The notes under the pieces are model-generated. The model was not told the origin of the DNA. It worked only from the letters and a program-made list of their open reading frames with translations, and searched no databases. Shown piece by piece: positions 57,241 through 64,000 of a stretch of DNA of 64,000 nucleotides (the stretch's first letter is position 1; each line of letters starts with the position of its first letter). Source of the DNA: Candidatus Aminicenantes bacterium. Its GTDB lineage: Bacteria; Acidobacteriota; Aminicenantia; UBA2199. A program made the position numbers and the translations under genes. The stretch spans positions 39,829 to 103,828 of the forward strand of contig JAFGSF010000005.1 in the NCBI GenBank assembly GCA_016934745.1. The letters are read 5' to 3'.

Positions 57241-59118
57241 TCAGTTGTTCAGGTAGCCCAAGGCTTTGAGTTTTTCCAACAATTCGGGTTCTAGACGGCC
57301 ATGGTTCTTTTTCAACGCCCGGAGCCGGCGCAGATAAACAGCCAGCTTTTTTTTGTAGATAGCATGCAAAGCCGGCGACGGCGAAAACGGTTCAACGGCC
57401 GCAATTGGCGAATCGGCCAGGCTGAACCATTCGTCGCGGCTCACTGCCGGCTGCGACGTCATCTTGGTCCCGGTGGTCGTTGGCGGCAAAAAATTGTGGA
57501 TATACTGATGGTCATTGCCGACAAATGAAAGCTTGCGATGCACTCCCTTGCGCAGTGGAATTACAGGCAGTGACAATTCCAAAATTCGCTCCCGGGAGTT
57601 GAGAGCCGGACTACTGGCGCTGACGGCGTCAGCAAGCAAACCGTATTCATCCTGGATAAATCCGGCAATATCGCTGATGGAAACCAGCTGGTTCCGTGTT
57701 TCCCCGACTTTCTGCCGTGGCATTTTGATGATTAACGGGATGCGGGTAAGCTCCTGATAAAGGGTGTGGCCATGCTCCCAATCACCGTGGTCATAAAATT
57801 CTTCGCCATGGTCGGCCAGGACGATTAGCAGCGCATCGTCAAAGCGCCCGCTGCGGCGCAAAAAATCCAGGACGGGTTTAAGTAAAACCTGGTCGCTATA
57901 GAGAATGGACGCATCGTAAAGGTCGATGATTTTCTGCCGGTCCGCCAGGACTTCCGGTGGCAAGGGCCGGGTTGGATCCCGCGCTAAGCGCAGGTTACTG
58001 CCGACATGCTTGATCTTGATGTCCAATTCCGGGTTGAATGCCCGAAAATACGGGTCGGGAGCTTTATAGGGTGCATGCATTTGATAGGTGTGCAAAAATA
58101 CAAAAAGGTCCTGGCCGGCAAAATCAGCCACTTTCTCCATAAAGGCACGATACAGTAATACAGAGGCTTTTTGTTGAAAAATGTCATCGGGCCGGTTGGC
58201 GTAACTTTGAAAACCGCGATAAAACCCAAAATGGTCATCGACAAAACCGCCTCCGGTCAGGGCCAGGGTAATAAATCCGTCGGCCTGCATTTTTTCAGCC
58301 AACAGCGGCAGGTCGGCCGGAATAAGGGATTCCGGAAAAATGACACCATGTTCCAGGACATCGCGGCCGCTGAACAGCGACACATGAGCCGGCAGGGTCC
58401 ATGAAGAGGTGGAAAAAGCCCGGTTGAAAAGCAGGCTGCCCATTGCCAGTTCATCAAGAGCCGGAGTGGTCCGCCGTGGATAGCCGTAAGCCGAAACATG
58501 ATCGGCACGCATGGTATCCAACATGAGAATCAGGACGGTTCTGGGTCGCAAACCTTTGTGTAGCAGGCAGGGATCAACCCAGGCTCCCAGGCCGTGCCCC
58601 CGGGTCTCCAAGATAAGGTGCATGGTTTGTTTTGCGGCTTTCGTCAGGGTCACTTTCTCAACTTTACCCATTTGTTCTCGGATATCGCTACTGAACAGCA
58701 GTTTCTCTTTTGCCGCTGTGACAGCTTTAACTCTGAATGTAAGGGCCCCAGTTTGAAGAGCAAACATGGAAAAAGACAATTGGTCGCCCTGGTCTGCTTC
58801 GATATCGAATTCGATCCGGCTCCCGGCCGGAGCCAGCAGGGCTTGGTGGCTGGTGTCCCGGTACTTGACCCGGCAATGCACCGCCTGTGGTTGGAAATAT
58901 CGGTTGAGCCGCTCACGAAAAAAGATAGCCGAAAGCTCCCTTTGATCGGCAATGGTTTTCCAGGTGCGCTCGATCAAGGTCTCATCAAAATGCGCTGGCA
59001 TGGAAAGCAGTGAAGGAACGTGCGTGACGTCGTTTCGTCTGAAATTGAAAAAGAGCAGTGCTATGACCACGATGATGGTTAATCCAATAAAGAACAGCAG
59101 CATTTTCTTCCGAGTCAT
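57241..59118 (-). CDS. Membrane-anchored sulfatase-like (alkaline phosphatase superfamily) protein
   Basis: DTMRADH, WTLPAHVSLFSG, HAPY, ADHGEEF, HGHTLY, LKALGY. Confidence 0.85.
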   Translation of the reverse strand: MTRKKMLLFFIGLTIIVVIALLFFNFRRNDVTHVPSLLSMPAHFDETLIERTWKTIADQRELSAIFFRERLNRYFQPQAVHCRVKYRDTSHQALLAPAGSRIEFDIEADQGDQLSFSMFALQTGALTFRVKAVTAAKEKLLFSSDIREQMGKVEKVTLTKAAKQTMHLILETRGHGLGAWVDPCLLHKGLRPRTVLILMLDTMRADHVSAYGYPRRTTPALDELAMGSLLFNRAFSTSSWTLPAHVSLFSGRDVLEHGVIFPESLIPADLPLLAEKMQADGFITLALTGGGFVDDHFGFYRGFQSYANRPDDIFQQKASVLLYRAFMEKVADFAGQDLFVFLHTYQMHAPYKAPDPYFRAFNPELDIKIKHVGSNLRLARDPTRPLPPEVLADRQKIIDLYDASILYSDQVLLKPVLDFLRRSGRFDDALLIVLADHGEEFYDHGDWEHGHTLYQELTRIPLIIKMPRQKVGETRNQLVSISDIAGFIQDEYGLLADAVSASSPALNSRERILELSLPVIPLRKGVHRKLSFVGNDHQYIHNFLPPTTTGTKMTSQPAVSRDEWFSLADSPIAAVEPFSPSPALHAIYKKKLAVYLRRLRALKKNHGRLEPELLEKLKALGYLNN

Positions 59119-59125
59119 TGGTTTT

Positions 59126-59134
59126 ATTATAGCA
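59126..59134 (-). promoter_or_regulatory. Extended -10 TGcTATAAT, leaderless
   Basis: 7 nt to ATG 59118; no SD. Confidence 0.6.
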
Positions 59135-59257
59135 CAAGTGCTGCCCTGGGAACTGTTTCATTGACGATGTAAGGCAATCATGTTGACTTTTTGGCTAAAA
59201 TCAGGTAAAAATTCATTTCTACCAAATCAAATCGATTTTTTTCCTGAAGGAGTCAAA

Positions 59258-61492
59258 ATGAATTCGATGAATTTGTTCATCCTGGCACCACTGGGTTCTG
59301 TCCTGGCCCTGACTTTCGCATACTATTTCTATCGTTTTCTGAAAAAACAGGACGCGGGCAGCGCCGACATGCAACGTATTGCCGGTTACGTGCAGAAGGG
59401 GGCCATGGTCTACCTGAAACGTCAGTACCGGGTGGTGGCTTTTGTATTTCTTCTCGTGTTCATCCTGTTCGCTTTCATGGCCTATGTGCTGCATACACAG
59501 AATCCGTGGGTTCCTTTCGCTTTTATCACCGGAGGTTTTTTTTCAGGCCTGGCCGGTTTCCTGGGAATGCGCACGGCGACCTTCGCTTCCAACCGCACTA
59601 CAGCCGGAGCCATGCTTTCACTGAACAAGGGGCTGCAGATCGCCTTCCGTTCCGGTGCCGTCATGGGTTTGGTGGTGGTCGGGCTGGCCTTGCTGGACAT
59701 CTCGCTGTGGTTTATCATCCTGAACTATTTTATCCCTGAGGGGGTAAGCAAACTATCGATTATCACCACCACCATGCTGACTTTCGGCATGGGCGCATCG
59801 ACCCAAGCCTTGTTCGCCCGAGTCGGCGGCGGCATCTTCACCAAATCAGCCGACGTAGGAGCCGACCTGGTCGGTAAAGTCGAAGCCGGCATCCCAGAAG
59901 ACGATCCGCGCAACCCGGCCACCATCGCCGATAATGTCGGCGACAACGTCGGTGACGTAGCCGGTATGGGCGCCGACCTGTATGAATCCTATGCCGGCTC
60001 CATTCTGTCCACAGCCGTCCTTGGTGCGGCCGCCGGTTACGGGCTGGGCGGCGTGTTGGCGCCGATGGTCATCGCCGGGATTGGAGTGATATTCTCCATC
60101 CTGGGAGTCTTTCTCGTACGCTCGGGGGAAAAGGCTTCACAGAAAGTCTTGCTGAAAGCCCTGGCCCGCGGCATCAATGCCAGCACCCTGTTGACTTTAA
60201 TCGCCTCGTTCTTCATCCTGGTGCTGTTCAAGGAATCGTTCCAGGGACGACACGTGAATATTTTCCTGGCAGTCATCACCGGACTGATCGCCGGCTGGGT
60301 GATCGGCAAGATCACCGAGTATTATACATCGCAGGATTACAGACCGACCCAGTATGTGGCTGAGCAATCGCAGACCGGACCGGCCACAGTCATCATTGCC
60401 GGTATTTCCAGCGGCATGCAGTCGACCGGACTGCCGGTATTAGTCATCGCCCTGGCCATCATCATCAGCTACGCCCTCGGGGGCGGTTTCAGCGGTGACG
60501 CCAATGCCATCAATCTTGGCCTCTACGGCATCAGCTTCGCCTCGGTGGGCATGCTCTCCACCCTGGGGATTACCTTGGCTACCGATGCTTACGGTCCGAT
60601 CGCCGACAATGCCGGCGGCAACGCCGAAATGACTGGACAGGACCCCGAAGTGCGCCGTCGCACCGACGCCCTCGACGCGCTGGGCAACACCACCGCCGCC
60701 ACCGGCAAGGGTTTCGCCATCGGCTCGGCGGCCCTGACCGCCATGGCCCTGCTGGCCGCCTATATCGAAGAGATCAAAGTCGGCTTCCTGCATATGGGAC
60801 AGAAGGTCATCACCATCAGCGGCGTGGACAAGGCCATCCAGGACACTCATATCGGCGACTGGATCAGCTACTACAACCTGACCATTTTCAATCCCAAGGT
60901 TCTGGCCGGGCTTTTCATCGGTGCCATGATGGTTTTCGTTTTCTGCTCTATGACCATGAAATCGGTCGGACGCGCCGCCGGAAAAATGGTCGAGGAAGTA
61001 CGGCGCCAATTTCGTGAAATATCCGGCATCATGGAGGGCAAGTCTGAACCCGATTACGGCCGTTGCGTCGAGATCAGCACCCGCGCCGCCCAACACGAAA
61101 TGATCGTACCTTCGCTGACCGCCATCGCCGTGCCGGTGGCCATGGGCCTGGTGTTCGGTGTGGCCGGCGTGATTGGCTTGTTAGCGGGCGGCCTGACCAC
61201 CGGTTTCGTCGTTGCCGTTTTTCTGAACAATGCCGGCGGCACCTGGGACAACGCCAAGAAATATATTGAAGAGGGTAATCTGGGCGGCAAAAAGTTGCCC
61301 GACGGCAGTAAAAACCCCAACCACGGCGCCGCAGTCATTGGCGATACCGTAGGCGACCCTTTCAAGGATACGTCAGGACCTTCCCTTAATATCCTGATCA
61401 AGTTGATGTCCATGGTCTCGGTGGTCTTTGCCGGCCTGATCGTCAAGTATGGCGACTTGCTGCAGCGTGTGATCGCCGCCTGGCAGCACTGA
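59258..61492 (+). CDS. hppA: Membrane-bound ion-translocating pyrophosphatase (K+-dependent type)
   Basis: DVGADLVGKVE, DNVGDNVGD, EYYT, GNTTAA, GDTVGDPFKDTSGP; AAGGAG SD. Confidence 0.97.
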   Translation: MNSMNLFILAPLGSVLALTFAYYFYRFLKKQDAGSADMQRIAGYVQKGAMVYLKRQYRVVAFVFLLVFILFAFMAYVLHTQNPWVPFAFITGGFFSGLAGFLGMRTATFASNRTTAGAMLSLNKGLQIAFRSGAVMGLVVVGLALLDISLWFIILNYFIPEGVSKLSIITTTMLTFGMGASTQALFARVGGGIFTKSADVGADLVGKVEAGIPEDDPRNPATIADNVGDNVGDVAGMGADLYESYAGSILSTAVLGAAAGYGLGGVLAPMVIAGIGVIFSILGVFLVRSGEKASQKVLLKALARGINASTLLTLIASFFILVLFKESFQGRHVNIFLAVITGLIAGWVIGKITEYYTSQDYRPTQYVAEQSQTGPATVIIAGISSGMQSTGLPVLVIALAIIISYALGGGFSGDANAINLGLYGISFASVGMLSTLGITLATDAYGPIADNAGGNAEMTGQDPEVRRRTDALDALGNTTAATGKGFAIGSAALTAMALLAAYIEEIKVGFLHMGQKVITISGVDKAIQDTHIGDWISYYNLTIFNPKVLAGLFIGAMMVFVFCSMTMKSVGRAAGKMVEEVRRQFREISGIMEGKSEPDYGRCVEISTRAAQHEMIVPSLTAIAVPVAMGLVFGVAGVIGLLAGGLTTGFVVAVFLNNAGGTWDNAKKYIEEGNLGGKKLPDGSKNPNHGAAVIGDTVGDPFKDTSGPSLNILIKLMSMVSVVFAGLIVKYGDLLQRVIAAWQH

Positions 61493-61502
61493 TCTATTCC
61501 GT

Positions 61503-62183
61503 TTAAAGTAAATTCTCCCAGCTGCCCCGCCTTGTGGTACAGGCCATCCCCCTGCGCAGCCATTCCAGGTATTCACAGCGCGCGATGGAACGGGCGCCCC
61601 ATTCGGCCAGATGGGGCGAATGAATCTGGCAGTCGAGCAAAATGAATCCATGCTGCTGCAAAATTCGGGTCAAAGTAAAAAAAACCACCTTGGAAGCATT
61701 GGCCTCGGAATGAAACATCGATTCGGCAAAGAAACATCGTCCCAAAGAAATTCCATATAGACCACCGGCGAGTTTGCCGCCATGCCAAGCCTCCATAGAG
61801 TGGGCATAACCGAGCTGAAATAATCGCTGATACGCCTGACGCATCTCATCCGTGATCCAGGTTCCATCCTGATCCGGGCGCGGCCGTGCACAGCCGGCGA
61901 TGACTTCGGCAAAAGCATGATCAAAGGTCAGTCGAAAAATGTTTTTTTTTAGGATTTTTTTCAGGCTGCGCGGCACATGAATTTCATCTGGAAAAAGGAC
62001 AAAGCGCGGTTCCGGCGACCACCACAGGATCGGTTCCCCGTTCGAGAACCAGGGAAAGATGCCGCGGCCATAGGCGCGCAGCAACCGTCGCGGCGACAAA
62101 TCCCCGCCCACGGCCAGCAGGCCTTCGGGCCCGGCCCAGTCGGCCGGCGGAAAATCGGCTGCGTCCAGCATGAACAGCGGCAT
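61503..62183 (-). CDS. aat: Leucyl/phenylalanyl-tRNA--protein transferase
   Basis: GLLAVGGDL, GIFPW, WWSP, TWIT, GGLYG, ESMF, ASK. Confidence 0.95.
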   Translation of the reverse strand: MPLFMLDAADFPPADWAGPEGLLAVGGDLSPRRLLRAYGRGIFPWFSNGEPILWWSPEPRFVLFPDEIHVPRSLKKILKKNIFRLTFDHAFAEVIAGCARPRPDQDGTWITDEMRQAYQRLFQLGYAHSMEAWHGGKLAGGLYGISLGRCFFAESMFHSEANASKVVFFTLTRILQQHGFILLDCQIHSPHLAEWGARSIARCEYLEWLRRGMACTTRRGSWENLL

Positions 62184-62256
62184 CGTGATAGTGACTCCTA
62201 TTTAAACCTATGTCGGCATTTTATCAGATCGGAAAGTTTCTGGCACTCGTGGATGA

Positions 62257-62285
62257 TTGACAATGAGTTCCTTTCCGTATATAAA
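62257..62285 (+). promoter_or_regulatory. Promoter TTGACA-17-TATAAA
   Basis: Canonical spacing; AGGAGG SD before ATG 62318. Confidence 0.6.
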
Positions 62286-62317
62286 ATTAAATGCCATGCC
62301 ATAGGAGGATCTCAATC

Positions 62318-64000
62318 ATGAAACAAAAATCATTGTGCAGAATGTTCATGCTGCTTGCCCTGGGACTGTTGATGCTGCAACCGCTCACAGCTCAGAAAGG
62401 ACAAACGGAGAATCCATTCTTCCAAGCGCGCACAACCCCATTCAAAGTGCCGCCATTCGACAAGATAACCAAAGAGCATTACCTGCCCGCCTTTAAAGAG
62501 GGCATGCGCCGCGAACAGGCCGAAATCAACGCCATCGCCGCCAGGAAGCAGGCGCCGAACTTTGCCAACACCATCGCCGCCATGGACCACAGCGGCATAT
62601 TCCTCAGTGATGTCAGATCCGTTTTTTATTCGCTCTTGAGCGCCGAAAGCAACCCGGAACTGCAAGCCATCGCCCGCGACCTGTCGCCGCTGCTGTCGGC
62701 CCACAACGACAATATCAACCTCAATGAAAAACTCTTTGCCCGGGTTCGAGCCGTATACGACCAGAAGCAGAAGCTGACGCTGACCCCCGAGGAAAGTTTC
62801 CTGCTGGAAAATACTTATAAAGGCTTCATTCGCAGCGGCGCCCTGCTGGACGCTGCCGGAAAATCGCGCCTGCGCCGGTTGAACAGCGAACTTTCCCTGC
62901 TCGGCTTGAAGTTTGGCGAAAACCTGCTGGCCGAGACCAACTCCTCGCGCATCGTCATTGATTCTGCCGATGATCTGGCCGGCTTACCTGAATCGGTGCG
63001 CGCCATGGGTGCCGAAACCGCCCAGGCGCTCAAGATGGAAGGCAAGTGGGTTTACACGGTCCAGGTCCCATCCATGACCCCCTTTCTGCAGTATTCAACC
63101 CGCCGCGACCTGCGCGAGCAGCTTCACCGCGCCTATTTCATGCGCGGCGACCGCGACAACGCCAATGACAACAAGGAGGTCGTCAAGAAAATAGTCACCC
63201 TGCGCGCGGAGCGAGCCAAGCTCCTCGGCTACGCGACCTATGCCGATTTCGTCCTTGCCGAACGCATGGCCAAGGACCCGGAGACGGTCATGTCTTTTTT
63301 ACAAAAATTATGGACCCCGGCACTGGAACGGGCTCAAAATGAAGCCAGTGAAATGCAGGCGATCATCGACCGCGAGCAGGGCGGCTTTAAACTGGCCTCA
63401 TGGGACTGGTGGCACTATGCCGAAAAATTACGCCAGGAAAAATATGCTTTCGACGACTCGCTCTTGCGTCCCTATTTCTCACTCGAAAACGTGAAAAAGG
63501 GAATATTCATCCTTTGTCAAAAACTTTACGGCTTGCGCTTCGAGAAATTGGAAGGCCTGCCGGTCTATCACCCGGAGGTCCAGGTATACGAGGTAAAGGA
63601 ATCAGACGGCTCCCAAGTTGGTCTGCTCTATATGGACTTTCACCCCCGACCAGGCAAACGCGGCGGCGCTTGGTCCGGAGGTTTCCGTCGCACCTACTCC
63701 GATAAGGGCAAGCGCGTGGCGCCGATCTCCACCCTGGTCTGCAACTTTACCCGCCCTGCCGCCGGCGCCCCCTCGCTGCTGAGCATCAACGAAGTCAGCA
63801 CCTTCTTCCATGAATTCGGACATTCGCTGCATACGCTGTTTTCCACTGGAGTTTACCGCAGCCGCAATGTGCCCCGCGACGCAGTGGAATTGCCTTCACA
63901 GATCATGGAAAACTGGGCGCTTGAACCCGAATTGCTCAATCTGTACGCTCACCATTATCAAAGCAAAGAATTGATCCCAACGGCGCTGATTGAAAAACTG
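62318..64000 (+). CDS. dcp: M3 family peptidyl-dipeptidase Dcp-like with signal peptide (runs off the window end)
   Basis: Not in the ORF track because no stop is in the window. Own translation: MKQKSL...ENPFF...PPFDKI, WDW, RPYF, KRGGAW, in-frame HEFGH at 63809, VELPSQ. Confidence 0.9.
   Translation, partial: MKQKSLCRMFMLLALGLLMLQPLTAQKGQTENPFFQARTTPFKVPPFDKITKEHYLPAFKEGMRREQAEINAIAARKQAPNFANTIAAMDHSGIFLSDVRSVFYSLLSAESNPELQAIARDLSPLLSAHNDNINLNEKLFARVRAVYDQKQKLTLTPEESFLLENTYKGFIRSGALLDAAGKSRLRRLNSELSLLGLKFGENLLAETNSSRIVIDSADDLAGLPESVRAMGAETAQALKMEGKWVYTVQVPSMTPFLQYSTRRDLREQLHRAYFMRGDRDNANDNKEVVKKIVTLRAERAKLLGYATYADFVLAERMAKDPETVMSFLQKLWTPALERAQNEASEMQAIIDREQGGFKLASWDWWHYAEKLRQEKYAFDDSLLRPYFSLENVKKGIFILCQKLYGLRFEKLEGLPVYHPEVQVYEVKESDGSQVGLLYMDFHPRPGKRGGAWSGGFRRTYSDKGKRVAPISTLVCNFTRPAAGAPSLLSINEVSTFFHEFGHSLHTLFSTGVYRSRNVPRDAVELPSQIMENWALEPELLNLYAHHYQSKELIPTALIEKL

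Noticed and set aside
60440..61563. Antisense ORFs over hppA
   Set aside because: Shadows of a conserved GC3-rich gene.

Overview
64 kb of gene-dense chromosomal DNA from a diderm (lptD, msbA-like, waaF-like) bacterium. Gene order suggests Acidobacteriota/Ca. Aminicenantia or a deltaproteobacterial-like lineage, but this is inference only. About 52 CDSs are supported. In order: an envelope glycosylation block (SGNH, two GT-C, GT2, GT2-methyltransferase, membrane spermidine-synthase-like protein); a split LKR+SDH saccharopine pair; yraN-galT; a TPR-type two-component system with a likely target gene; a highly divergent GlpX-like protein; a GH5; serC; a long operon (mini-SerA, AcsE-like, DUF465, pssA, msbA, yicC, gmk, coaC, coaB, udg, priA, ABC); a PPi-type PFK; LPS genes; atpF'FHAGDC; dedA; a propeller kinase; YprB-like and sulfatase-like genes; hppA; aat; and a partial dcp. 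I saw no rRNA, tRNA, CRISPR or mobile element. Main observations: (1) 13 start codons sit 6-7 nt after a sigma70-type -10 box, implying pervasive leaderless mRNAs; (2) two short uORFs are translationally coupled to genes lacking an SD; (3) next to serC is a separately promoted unit of two apparent pseudoenzymes, a SerA lacking its whole NAD-binding domain and an AcsE/MeTr-like barrel lacking folate ligands; (4) several other enzymes have lost catalytic motifs (CoaC, PriA, GT2). Product calls are from recognising motifs by eye; no database searches were run.
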